NCBI RefSeq assembly: GCF_006345805.1
Contig: NC_043000.1
Location: 30,256,001-30,320,000, forward strand
Source of the DNA: Octopus sinensis
Taxonomy: Eukaryota
Reading direction: 5' to 3'
Length of the DNA stretch: 64,000 bases
Part shown: positions 41,421 to 54,941 of the stretch, one piece after another
How positions within the stretch are numbered: the first letter of the stretch is position 1
Layout of the letters: each line of letters opens with the position of its first letter
Position numbers and translations under genes: made by a program
The notes under the pieces: generated by a model
What the model was told of the DNA's origin: nothing
Database searches by the model: none
Seen by the model: the letters and a program-made list of their open reading frames with translations, nothing else

Positions 41421-42310
41421 TAGCCGCCTTAATCTTGGCTTATATTGAGCATTGCTGTTTCTGGGTTTAATATACACTGCATCGGCAGTAGTTGTTGTCA
41501 AGGTGAGGCAAATCATCTCAGAACAGCACTAGGGTATCGATTTCAGATAACCTTTTAGAATTGCAATCTAATTCATCAATTTTTACCATTTTCCCTGATC
41601 GCAACCTTGTCTAGGAAAGATTATTTCTTTAATAAACAAAAATACCCATTCAAAATGGACGTTTTTGTAATAATGTCAGTTACTGTGTTATCGTCGCTAT
41701 AGTGACGATACCATTATCAATGATAATGGTATCAAAACCCTTAGCGACACCAATGAGAATCACAATGTTATTTATAATTACTTTCAAAAATCTTTACGAA
41801 TGTTGTCCACGTGATTTAACTGAAACAATAGGAAACAAAGGTGTGCTACACTAACCCAGGTAGGAAAGGTTATCTGCAGTTTTGCCTTGGCTCTTTATAA
41901 AAATATGACGTTAACCAGTAACTATTGTACTCAGCGGTGTTGGTTTTTACATTGCGGATAATTTTATGCGATATGCATCTCACCTTAGTTCAATCTTACA
42001 CAATGTGATCGATATATCTGACTTGAAGAAACTATATTAAAGAATGATCTAAAATCGATTGTATTTTTAGGTCATTTGCTATTTCACTGGAAAAGGTAAT
42101 AAAATGATTGTCAAGCGTGAAATTGCTATTATTGTCATACTTTCATTTCTTCATATTTTTTTGGCATTATATTATAATGTCTGTGGCAAGTTCTTTACGA
42201 TTTTAATACAGAAAACGATATATTAGGAAGAGTTGCATTTGACAAACATCCTCAGGCATGTACTTCAGCATATCTGCTGCATAGTAAATATACTACTTCA
42301 ACTGAAGGTA

Positions 42311-42378
<68 letters not shown>

Positions 42379-42379
42379 T

Positions 42380-42505
42380 ATTTTTAAATCTCTCTAAAGA
42401 AGCCTACGGCAGCAGTACTGGATATTAATAGTTATCACCAAGCTAACATGGCGATTCGTGATCCTAGTTTTCTGCACTGCCATGTTAGCTTGGCGATAAC
42501 TATTA

Positions 42506-42510
<5 letters not shown>
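42380..42510. repeat. Fold-back fragment of a diverged relative of the 362-bp family
   Basis: aatagttatcaccaagctaacatggc pairs with gccatgttagcttggcgataactatt. Confidence 0.7.
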
Positions 42511-42598
<88 letters not shown>

Positions 42599-43463
42599 CA
42601 TATGCATATATATACATGTTCATATAATATATATATATACCATTAGAACATTTTAGCTCTTATTTCTAGCAATATAGGTGTTTCTTTTTAGTACGCTAGT
42701 CACATTTAGCAACAGTTATAGAAAAAAGAAAGAAGAGCAGGAAGAGGGGGAAAAGGGTGAAGAGAGAAAGAAAACAAAATGACTTTCAGTGATGACCAAA
42801 TCGTACCTTTTTTGGGGTGGGGGGAGGTCACCATCCTTAAACCTATTCAAGTACAATGGTAGAGACTAAATAAATGAATAAATGTATGAATGGTGAATAG
42901 GAAGGTGGACACCTCTTCTCTTTCTCTTTCTCTCTACGTATATGTCTACCTACCTATCTATCTATCTATCTATCTAACTATCAGCCTATATTTCCTACCT
43001 ACCTATATTTCTATCTATCCATCTCCATTTTCATGGAACCTCACCCAGAAAACAATAACAATATTCACTTCTAAATAAACCCCACATAAAAAAATGTTTT
43101 ATATAAATGAACAAGTTGTTTGTACATTCATAAAATTTTATTTGACAAGTTCTAGAAAGGAACGAAAGTGTTAATAATAATGAAGAAATGAAAGGATTTT
43201 TTTCCAAAATTCTGACGACTTTTTTTCTCTCTATTAAATATCTGTACATGACACATAATACTCTATACATACATGCATACATACATACATGCATACATAC
43301 ATACATGCATACATACGTACATAGATACATACACACATACATACACACATACATACACACATACATACATACATACATACATACATACATACATACATAC
43401 ATACATACATACATACATACATGCATGCATACATACATATATATATATCTTTATATATATATA

Positions 43464-43498
<35 letters not shown>

Positions 43499-43763
43499 CA
43501 AGGCTGTCGTATATACATATATGTGTGTGTGCGTGTGCGTACGCGTCTTTGTGTTTGCGTTCGTCCCAAACCAATGCTTCACAACCGTTGGTGATGTTTT
43601 TACTTCCCCATAAATTAGCACGTCGGTAAAAAAGACTGATATTAGAAGTGCATGGTTTTAAATAATATAAGCACTGGTCCCGAGTCAATACACTAATAAA
43701 TCTTCAACGGATGGCCGCAATCTAATGTCTGAAAGATGTAAAATATAATATATAAAAGATATA

Positions 43764-43990
43764 TACAGTAATTCCTCGCTATATCGCAGTTCAACTGTCG
43801 CGGTTCATCTATCACGGTTCACCTATCGCGGTTTATTTTTTAAGCTTACGTCGATTCCTTCGTCGTGTTGTTTTGCATTTATAATAAAATAGATATATAC
43901 AAATTATAAAATCGATAAAAAATAGACAGTACGGTACTGTTTATACTCCGCGGATTTTCACCTATTGCGGGATGTAACACCAGCGATATA
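43764..43990 (+). mobile_element. Tigger/pogo-like MITE remnant
   Basis: Begins ta-cagtaattcctcgctatatcgc, a Tigger-type terminus; the other end is partial. Confidence 0.55.
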
Positions 43991-45129
43991 TATTTAGTTG
44001 GAATTTTTAGAAAAACAAAACACGAATACAGGTGTGTAAACAACAAACAGGCGTATTAGTTTAACGCTCAGGAAGGTGAGAAAGTCTTTTGCGTTTGGAG
44101 CTTACGCTTTTCAACAGAAACGAACACTAGGAAATAAACAGAGAGAGAATATAAAAAAAAAACTTTTGGAGCTACCCGTCAATACATATGTACATATATG
44201 TGTGTGTGGTGTGTGTGTGTGTGTGTGTGTAATTTATAAAAACAGCAATTGTGTGTGAGCTAGTATATGTTCCATGCACGGAACGTACAGTAATGAGACG
44301 AAATTTTGCAGAATGTCGTGCAGTATCCGCCACTCGTTCAAATTGAAGATATAAACGAGGAAGAATGGGCAAAGAATTTATATTAACACTCCAATATTCT
44401 AAACCCACCCCCTCCTGAATGTCCTACCCTGGTACGACTTAATATCTTCACTACAGACGATTACAACTTGCGTCAATTTTGCAAAGATATTTCAGTAATA
44501 ACCTAGACCCCATTTTCATAAAGAACGACTGAAATTTAATGCTTTTAAGCATAGGTCTGCTCTTTCAAAACTCTTCTCTGCCAATCATCACCAGAAAAAT
44601 TTGTTGTTTTCTTTTTATGGTACTTTTTTCCAACCCAAAGATTTTTAGAAAGGAGTTTTTAGAAAAGGAAGATCTTTAGAAAAGGATTTTGAGAAAAAGA
44701 GCAGACTATAATAAAGAGCGTTCCAACCATGACATCTTGTCTGCTCATTTAATCATTCTCTATATAAAATGACGACATAGTGGACAGGAGAAAAGGAATA
44801 AGGAGATGAAGAATGAGAAAGAAAAAGAAGCATAAAAGTGCAAAGATCAATTTTCCGATCTTGTAGAAATATGTCCATAAGTCCTTAGGTGCAATCCTGC
44901 GTAAATCCAGGAGTTATCTGTAGTAAGTGTTCTAAGCTGTAGTTGTGAGCTTTCCGGGATCGATAAAATAAGTAACGGTGAAGCACTGGCGTCGTTGAAA
45001 TCGACTTACCTGCTTCCCGGAATTCCCTGGCTTTGTACCCAAACCTGCAACCTATATATCACGCCTAGATTTTACGTCTTTCCTTTCGGTAAAACAAGTC
45101 GAAGCTATGTATATATGTATGTATGTATG

Positions 45130-45163
<34 letters not shown>

Positions 45164-45257
45164 TGTATGTATGTATGTATGTGTGTATGTATGTATGTAT
45201 GTATGTATGCATGTATGTATGTTTGTATGTATGTATGGTTGTATATATGTATGTGTG

Positions 45258-45289
<32 letters not shown>

Positions 45290-45779
45290 TGTATATGTAT
45301 GAATGTATGTATGTATGTGCGTGTATGTATGTATGTGTGTATGTATGTTTGTATCTATCTATCTTCCGGTTTTTATTATAAATCTTCCACTGAGGAGGGA
45401 GCTGGTTTCCTACAAAGAGACAAAGCTCCAACTTTGGGATGTAGTTAACACAGACTAATTCACAATCATAACTTGGGAAAAGTCTTGCATATTTTTACTG
45501 AAAGCATGCGTGCGTGCATGCATGTATGTATGTTCGTATGTATGTATGTATGTATGTATGTATGTATGTATGTATGTATGTATGTATGTATGTATGTATG
45601 TGTGTATGTATGTATGTGTGTATGCATGTATGTAGTTCTTCTTGCAAGGGATGAGCTCGTTTCTGACAAAGGCAAAATGCTCAAACATTTGAATGCAGAA
45701 TACAAAACGATGTCAAATTTTGAATTTGAGAAAAGCTTTGCATATTTTTACTGTTCCGCTTACAGATTGCATCTGTAGT

Positions 45780-46100
45780 GAGAGTGTTAGTTGATTGACT
45801 TCTTTTTCTGAACGACCTAGATTATCCTAATTGTCACTTAACCTTTTATTCCCAAAACCTAATACGTGAATTATTATTGTTACAAATGCAAATTTATAAT
45901 CAGGAAGTTTCGAAGCAATTTGTTCGTAGTTATCCACTTTCTCTTTGGTTTGTGAGTATCTCCACAGCAGCATGGGAGCAACCCTCTTTGAGACTGTACG
46001 TAGATTCTTGTTGCCCATGTATTTCGTAGAACGAACAGAAAAAGAGAGTTGGCAAATGGACGTATGTATTGTTTATATCTTAACCAGCAGAACGTTTAAG
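45780..46100 (-). mobile_element. Possible RLE-domain remnant of an R2/NeSL-type retroelement
   Basis: TKEKVDNYEQIASKLPDYKFAFVTIIIHVLG resembles the K..KY..L...PIIIG.LG motif. Confidence 0.35.
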
Positions 46101-46166
46101 TTAGTATGGATAATACCAGCTGGTCTTTGGTCACTTTTGTAGCAGTCAAACTACTACTACTACTAC

Positions 46167-46199
<33 letters not shown>

Positions 46200-46383
46200 A
46201 ACTCATCATTGTTCGACCGTTGTCGAGACAATGGAATTTACTATGTTACACCAGACTTCATGGTCGATCATAGCATTACGATCATGCCTGTATCCCTGGA
46301 GATTACATCAGGGTAGGAGAGTGTGCGCCCTCTGGTATCGCGAGCAGATGGCTTCCAGAGGAGAAGAGTAGAAATTACCTCGT

Positions 46384-46432
<49 letters not shown>

Positions 46433-47029
46433 GCACAGACACGCATAAAATTATATAGATATATGTATGCATTATGTATACACACACACACATACATACA
46501 TACATACATACATACATACACACATATATCTTCCAAAGTCACAGATGTGTGTAGAGTCACATAGTTATTACTAAAAAAAGTTTATAGGTTCTGCTTTTCC
46601 ACTGTATGTTATTAAAAAGTCCAAGCTGGAATTATAGCCTGTTCGTATATTTGAGTCGAACACAAATTCATACATTTCAATCGTTTGTTTTTTCATTATT
46701 TTTCTCCTTTGCAGTGTAGTATTTTAATTGTTAACTAAACATCAGAATATATTAAACGCCATAACGAAATGTCTGTCTGCAAAGAAGACAATGTAAAGCA
46801 AACAATCAACAAAAGATTTCTAGTGTCGTCCGTATCCTGTCTGACAATCATACTATTCTCTGATTAGTGAATTTCTAAATCACTTGGTAATTCCCAGATT
46901 TTCTCAAAGATGTTCACTAATTGCATAATTATATCTGAGTTTTTCCCAAGACACATTTTGCTGGAATAAAGACAGAAATCAACCGAACGTTAAGAATCAC
47001 CGATGACATAACCTATTGTTTGTATAGGC

Positions 47030-47438
47030 GTAGGAATGGCTGTGAGGCAAGTAGCTTGCTTCCCAACCACATGGTTGCGGGTTCAGTCCCACTGCGTGGC
47101 ACTTGGGCAAGTGTCTTCTACTATAGCCTCGGGCCGATCAAAGCCTTGTGAGTGGATTGGGGAGACGGAAACTGAAAGAATCCCGTCGTATATATGTACA
47201 TACATATATGTAGATGTATGTATACGTTTGTGTGTCTGTGTTTGTACCACCAACATTGCTTGACAACTGATGCTGGTGTGTTTACGTCCACGTAACTTAG
47301 CGGATCAGCAAAAGAGACCGATAGAATAAGTACTAGGCTTACAAAGAGTAAGTCGTGGGGTCGATTTGCTCGATTAAAGCTGGTGCTCTAGCATGGCCAC
47401 AGTCAAATGACTGGAACAAGTAAAAGAATAAAAGAATA
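47030..47438 (+). mobile_element. SINE family A copy
   Basis: Full-length homology including the head taggaatggctgtgaggcaagtagcttgcttccc. Confidence 0.9.
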
Positions 47439-47728
47439 GCTTTGCCCTTGGCAACGATGAAAATTGCGTCGCTCTCATTTCATTTCCTGACAGCTCTAGT
47501 TTCTGAACGAACAAGCGTCAGAATATTTGAGAGGACATGGTACACAACATAATAAACTTTCGATACGTAGCATTTACTTCGCCAAGAAAGACAACTGATA
47601 CTGAAACTAAAGCAATCCCGATAACTATTCGCAAGTTAACCCAAATGCCAATCTGGTTCAGACAAATAAAATCTTGTCTACGCATTATAGACTTCGACAA
47701 GAGATGTAACGCGGTTGAATCCATTTAA

Positions 47729-48118
47729 TCTCTCTATATATAAGCTGAAGTTTTCTGTGTATGGCAGGCTTGGTAGCCTTCAACTAACACTATCTCCCCC
47801 GAGACCCTGCGACGCAAGTTGACGAAAATTGAGAATATGATAGAAGAAGGCTTGCTCTTCCTTCCATAGAAGAAAAAATTCAAATCGGACCAAGTTAACA
47901 CGAAAAATTATTTACATCCAAAATGTGCTTTTTGTCTATGAAAATCCCTATTTTTTACGATTTTCTGACTGCTGAGTCGCCATTTTTCGGTGTATTTCAA
48001 CCAGAAAAATGTTCACTTAAAGAGAATAACAAGCTACATAATGCAAAATTTTTACTTTTCAAAAATTTCAATCTAAAGGGTCGAAACAAACCTGAGCAAC
48101 GCCGGGCGATTCTGCTAG
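47729..48118 (+). mobile_element. Non-autonomous Helitron
   Basis: Inserted between A and T; 5' TC; 3' subterminal hairpin cctgagcaacgccggg then CTAG. Confidence 0.75.
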
Positions 48119-48244
48119 TGATTAATAAACAAGCTTTCACAGAAAGGTTCACTTTTCTAAAGCATCAATTCAGGTTAAATGATCACTGGTGTCTACTGCT
48201 TCCATATTGAAATCAACCACTTTTGCATTATGCAACAGAAAATA

Positions 48245-48692
48245 CCCTCCACTCACCTTACTCCTTTGAACAATACTAGGAATATTATTTACATTATTTA
48301 CATTTGACAGATATTTGTCCTCATCTTGTTTGTTGTTAACACAGCGTTTCGGCTGATATACCTTCCGGTTTTCATCAGGTATCTTGGGGAAATTCCTAAG
48401 GTATTTTTCGATCATCATCATCGTCATCGTCGTCGTCATCGTCTTCTTCTTCTTCTTCTTCTTCTTCTTCTTCTTCTTCTTCTTCTTCTTCTTCTTCTTC
48501 TTCTTCTTCTTCTTCTTCTTCTTCTTCTTCTTCGCATTGTAATTCAGGTCACTGTCTTGAATCGAACTCGGACTCTTGGAGTTAGTAGCCCGCGCTCTTA
48601 ACCACTATGCCACAGGTATATGGCGTAGTGGTTAAGAGCGCGGGCTACTAACCCCAAGTGTCTGAGTTCGATTGTAGGCAGTGACCTGAATG

Positions 48693-48762
<70 letters not shown>

Positions 48763-48945
48763 CATTGAAAATTACCTTAGGAATGAGAACCCAGTTTCGA
48801 AATTTCCCCAAGACACCCGATGAAGACTGGTGGGTATATCAGCCGAAACGTTGTGTTAACAACAAACAGGATGAGAAAAAATATCCGTCGAATGTAAATA
48901 ATGTAAATAATGTACAAAATTCCTCATCTCTTTAATATAAAACTG
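48245..48945. mobile_element. Head-to-head pair of tRNA-headed, HHR-tailed elements
   Basis: Tail(-) 48245-48410, (CTT)n, tRNA-like(-) about 48541-48610, tRNA-like(+) about 48618-48690 with A box tggcgtagtgg and B box gagttcgatt, (TAA)n, tail(+) 48745-48945. Confidence 0.75.
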
Positions 48946-49624
48946 TGATACTAGGAATATCGAATTGTTGAAGACTTAACGTACATGTAACAGTACGTCT
49001 GCTCCAAGCTCGTCTTGCCAAAGTAGCCATGAGACTTGAAAATATCTATAGATACTATGGTTGCATTCAAACTAATATTCAGTGAAGTGTTATCATTGTT
49101 AAAACTATTTGTCCAACCTCAATAACTTGCCTTTAATTTTCCATTCAAAATATGCAAATGACCTTAATAATCACCATTGTACAGACAAGAAGTAAGAGGT
49201 AATTATGACTGAATGTCGGAGAGAGTAAGTTGTTAGTTTGACAAAGTTAAGATCCAATAGGATTGATCCAGAATTTCTATCGATACGTAGTAGATACAGC
49301 CCAGCAAAAGCTCTTCAAAACGTAATCACAATGTTGAATTCAAGTCATTGACCATTCGCCAGTAAGGCTGTGTTCGATACTGTGCATACAAATGCATTAG
49401 ATTACTGCTACTCGCAATTACGGACGACAAATGAAAGCGCAAGGAATAACGAAACAATACGAATAAACAATTTGCTATAGACATTTCGAAATAGTCACAT
49501 CCAATTTCAAAAAGCTGTTCTATTTATCCATTAGCTGGGAAAATTGCATTATATAAGAAAACTGTTCATTAAACTGTATAAAAATACCAGACAATTCTTA
49601 CAAACAATCGCTCTCTTTCCAAAC

Positions 49625-50015
49625 TCAGTGGTCAAAGAATCAGTTTAGCTTGACTCAATTCCACGTAGCACAGCTCCGCTTGACTCAACTCCGCTTGACT
49701 CAGCTCTGCTTGACTCAGCTTCGCTTGACTCAGCTCCGCTTGATCCAGGTCCGCTTGACTCAACACTGCTTGACTCAGCTTCACTTGACTCAACTCCACT
49801 TGACTCAGCTCCGTTTGACTTAGCTTCGCTTGATTCAACTCCACTTAATTGAGCTTCCCTTGACTAATACCCACCTGACACAGCTCCGCTTGACTCAGCT
49901 CCGTTTGACTCTACTTGATTCAAATCCACTTGCATCAGCTCTACTTGACTCAGCTTCACTTGACTCAGCTTCGCCTGACTCAGCTTCGCTTCACTCAACT
50001 CTGCTTGACATAGCT
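49625..50015. repeat. 15-bp minisatellite (cttgactcagctccg-like)
   Basis: About 25 degenerate tandem units; the minus strand reads as LSQAE repeats. Confidence 0.85.
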
Positions 50016-50939
50016 CCACATGAATTGCTCTAATATATAAGTGTGTATGTGTGTGTGTGTGTGTGTGTGTGCGTGCGATAATGTATGGAGGGTGCATAAT
50101 GATGTTTCAATACTGTTCAAACTACAGCTTTGTTTACTATGCAAAATTCAACGACATCAGTTGGCGTAAAGAACTAAATTTACATAAAATATAGGGATAA
50201 TCAACTGAATTGCTATCGATAAATTATTATCTCTAATTGCATTAATCAAAATTAATTTCAATGCATAATTTATTCCGGCCACATTCGAAACAAATAATAC
50301 AGAACATCTTATCACAGAACATATATCATTAGGTCCGACCGAGGATTCTAGAGCTACTCACGTTACTATGGCTAATATTGTAGTCGAATGTTCGCAGCGT
50401 CAAGACCTTAACATCCCTAATAGTAACAAAGAGACGTTAATAGGAACAAATAAATTCGGTGTTTACTGTTGAAGTATATTTAAAGTAAATCAACTCCTAG
50501 ATGTTCAATAACATGCCACGCTCATATTATCTATGCGAAAAAATGAAAACGAATTAATATTTTAAGTAGATGAATAATTCAGGAAGACTATTAAAATTAA
50601 AGACCAGCGTTCGGAATATAATTAATATATTTATTATATTCATTGTTAATTCAAAACTTGAATATAGAATATGCATGAAAATGAGATTTTGGTCGAGAGG
50701 TTAGAATTGTCGAATATGTAGTGTTTAAGTCAATATTTCCAGATGTTTATCAGTCGTCGAAATAACAATAATATGGAAATTAGCTCACCCACCAGTCTGT
50801 CTCTCTTAAGAAACATTTCATCATTATATACATATGTATGTATGTATTATGTATGTATGTATATATGTGTGTATTTATGATGTGTATATGTATATATATG
50901 ATTGTATGTATGTAAACATATATATATATATACATGCTG

Positions 50940-51150
50940 CTTGGACTACCGCTTCCAACTATGGTCCCCCAGAGAGTGTGAAACAAACTGGAACTCGAAG
51001 CAATCCAGTGCTAATCCATAAAGAAAATTGATACGATGCAAAAGATAGGCTACTGGGAGAGGCTAAAGGAACTGAGTTTCTATGCCCTGGAGAGAATACG
51101 AGAGAGGTATACGGTGATATATACTGGAAGATCATGGAGGGTTTAGTAAA
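50940..51150 (+). mobile_element. CR1-like 3' end fragment
   Basis: YWERLKELSFYALERIRERY. Confidence 0.6.
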
Positions 51151-51435
51151 AGAGTATATACATATATGTGTGTGTGTGTGTGTCATTTATTTGAACTTTA
51201 TTCGTTTTTGTCCAAGTTCATAAATTCTATTCCTTTTGTGCTTGTCTAAGTTTTATGTGTGCTAGTGCCAAGTCAAGTATACTCATGTGATGGTAACGCA
51301 TACTTAGGCTGAAACCCGTACCTGCAGCTGTCCGATCTTCTGCCTACAGAAACTAAGCTTACTTCTAAAATTGTACTTGAAACAACTTTAGATTAACGTA
51401 TCGTTGTATATGAAACCAACAGTATATTTAACACA

Positions 51436-51498
<63 letters not shown>

Positions 51499-52976
51499 AA
51501 TGCGTTGGTTGTCATGTTTTGGCCGTAATATTTTGTGACAGAGAAACATCTCATAGATCTGTTAAAAACACCGGTTCTCACTCGTAAAGCTAGTACATTG
51601 GCAAACGAAGAATTTCAACCTGTTTTGGGTTTTTTCATTGATGGATCTACCCAAAATTCTTGCTCCAATATGAATAGCAGTAAACTAAACATTTACGGGA
51701 TTGTAGGAAAACTAGACAGACTGGAATTACCTAAATATGCACGCTTGAAACAGCTTTAGATAAAAATACTGTTGTATATATATTGGAGAACTCATCGCAC
51801 CAAGAAACAGGTGTATAGAAATCTCTTGCTTGTATCCACCATTATAAAGGAAGGGCAGTAACGCTTTGTGAAACATTGCTGGCGAACTAAACGAGCTGGC
51901 AGGTGAGCTACGTCTATGGATGCTAAAGCATAGCCGTACTCCAACAGGTCGTCTGAACACAATGCATGTAGATCACTTCACTATAGAACGCATGATTCCT
52001 CTCCGAAATAATGCTGCTCGCACAACTCATGCAGAAGAAATGCAGATGGCGTGTGCAGGTTAAATATGTTCAAGCAAACTCGAACAAATGAGGACGTTGA
52101 TAATACTTATAATGTGTATATAGCAATAGCTATAATATTTTGTTTCAGAGAAACAGTTTTCTTTTTCTCATACCACCAAAGAATCACAAAACATGTTGTT
52201 TTGACTTGATTTGGTCTCTCCCTGACAGGTATGTACCAAAGAATGGTTGACGTTTGAGACTCATTACTGTTATTTTGTTGGCGCCAGTACTGATTGTCAC
52301 TAGACACTTGTATATATTCTATCGAAGGAAACAAAATTTAGATACCTCAAGAACCATAATTTGTTCTCGGTTTTCAAATCGTTAGCAATGACCACCGAAA
52401 TAATAATAAGATAGCAACAACAAAAGCAACAACAACATAAACAATAATAATGATAATAATAATCTAATATTTTACAGTGAAAATATACAGTTTAATGTCC
52501 GCAAAGCTTAAAACAGACAGAAAAATATTCTTGTCAGTTTTTTTGACAAGACTCAATAAAATATCAAGCAGACAGAAAAATAATAAAACTAAAAATAAAC
52601 CCAAAAATATAGCGGCAATAACTTCATGAAATAGTAAGTCTTTGTGTCTTTCTGTTAATTGTCGGCGTGGAAATTCACGCCGCCATCTCTTCAGTTATCT
52701 GACCATCTGAAAAAATGCTATGAAAATGACCGTTATACAAAGAGAAATTACTGTGTTATTGACCGTTATTAAGACAAAAGAGCTATTTGAATGACCGCTA
52801 AGTAAGCGGAGGCAATAAAAGTAAGGGGGTAAAATACGTTCATAGTATTCGCGTAAGCGCGCATGTCTATACCTACACATGCGAGTCCGCACACCCACGT
52901 ACATGCGCCTAAAAGTATACACTCATCCACCCTCACATGAAACGTACATATTCTCACCCGCACTATTCGCCATATA

Positions 52977-53557
<581 letters not shown>

Positions 53558-53582
53558 TATATATATTATATATATATATATT

Positions 53583-54088
53583 TAAAACATTACGTTATAT
53601 AATTAGGGTTCAGTAAAATAATTTACTTTACTACACATCGAACTTTTAGAAATAGCAGCCAAAAAATCTTAGCTATTTCTTCTACTATAAGAAAAATCTC
53701 CCAGACAATGCATACTTAAAAATAACTCACACAGGTATAGAGGGGAAAATAACGAAAGATCATACGTACATAAGATTACTTGAGAACGGCCGTTTCTGGA
53801 TTAGTTGAATATAAAGATCAACATTTCCTTCGTCAGCTCAAAGATTTCTTTTGATTTGGATTTGAGAGTACTAAAAATCGAACATACCCGTCTGATATGA
53901 GTAATCCCAGACAAACCATCTTCGACAGCTAGTACTAGTTATTTTTGAGTATGCATTATCTGGGAGATTTTTCTTATAGTAGAAGAAATAGCTAAGATAT
54001 TTTTTTTTTTGCTGCTATTTCTAAAAGTTCGGTGTGTGGTAAAGTAAATTATTTTACTGAACCCTAATTATATAACTTAATGTTTTTA
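53583..54088 (-). mobile_element. Fold-back element enclosing a hammerhead motif
   Basis: Arms at 53583-53727 and 53937-54088; HHR in the spacer. Confidence 0.75.
53780..53841 (-). ncRNA. Type I hammerhead ribozyme candidate with extended stem II
   Basis: Reverse complement: ttgag-CTGACGA-a-gga..gttga..tcaac..tcc-a-GAAA-cggccg-T-T-ctcaa. Confidence 0.65.
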
Positions 54089-54175
54089 ATATACCGTAAA
54101 TGGTCTTTTTACATACTGAACACTACTTGGTAAAATTAATTAGTAATTAATTAGTTTTACCCTTTTATTATTGAT

Positions 54176-54208
<33 letters not shown>

Positions 54209-54719
54209 AGAATCCCACACACTCGCACGCGCACCAAAAAAGTTCATACACGCGTCTGTATACGCACGAGCACAAGAAAAAACGGGGCTAAGGGTAACAA
54301 TAGAGAAAAAAGGTATAAGGGAGTATAAAAATAACCAAAGAGTAAACTACGTCTATATACGCACATACCCGTATGCACGTACACACACACACGCCTATAT
54401 AGCGCATACCCGCACACGTCTATATACGCACACAGAAAGGTTCATACACATGTCTATGTGCACACATACACAAAAAACCAGGGCTAAAGGCAAAAATACA
54501 TGAAAATATGTAAAAACACAATGAGTAAAACACGTCTATATACGCACATACTCGCATGCACGTGCACACACGCACACATCTCTATATACTCCGAAACTCG
54601 GTGTTTTATCATGGCTACCGAATAATTGTCACATATTACTTTTATAAATTTCTCTACTTACATAATACCAAGGTTTCTTTCATTCTTTTGTTGTCTTCCC
54701 ATTTTTATCAATATATATG

Positions 54720-54876
54720 TGTGTGGCTGTATGGTAAGTAGCTTGCTAACCAACCACATGGTTCCGGGTTCAGTCCCACTGCGTGGCATCTTGGGCGAGT
54801 GTCTTCTGCTATAGCCCCAGGTCGACCAATGCCTTGTGAGTGGATTTGGTAGACGGAAACTGAAAGAAGCCTGTCA

Positions 54877-54941
<65 letters not shown>

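Noticed and set aside
48541-48690. Functional tRNA-Ser(ACT) genes
   Set aside because: The acceptor stem is incomplete, there is no T-run terminator, and the arrangement is head-to-head within a repeat; these are SINE heads.
52660-52700. Promoter from YY1-like gccgccatct (also aagatggcgg at 62045)
   Set aside because: Isolated short motifs with no linked exon or CpG island.
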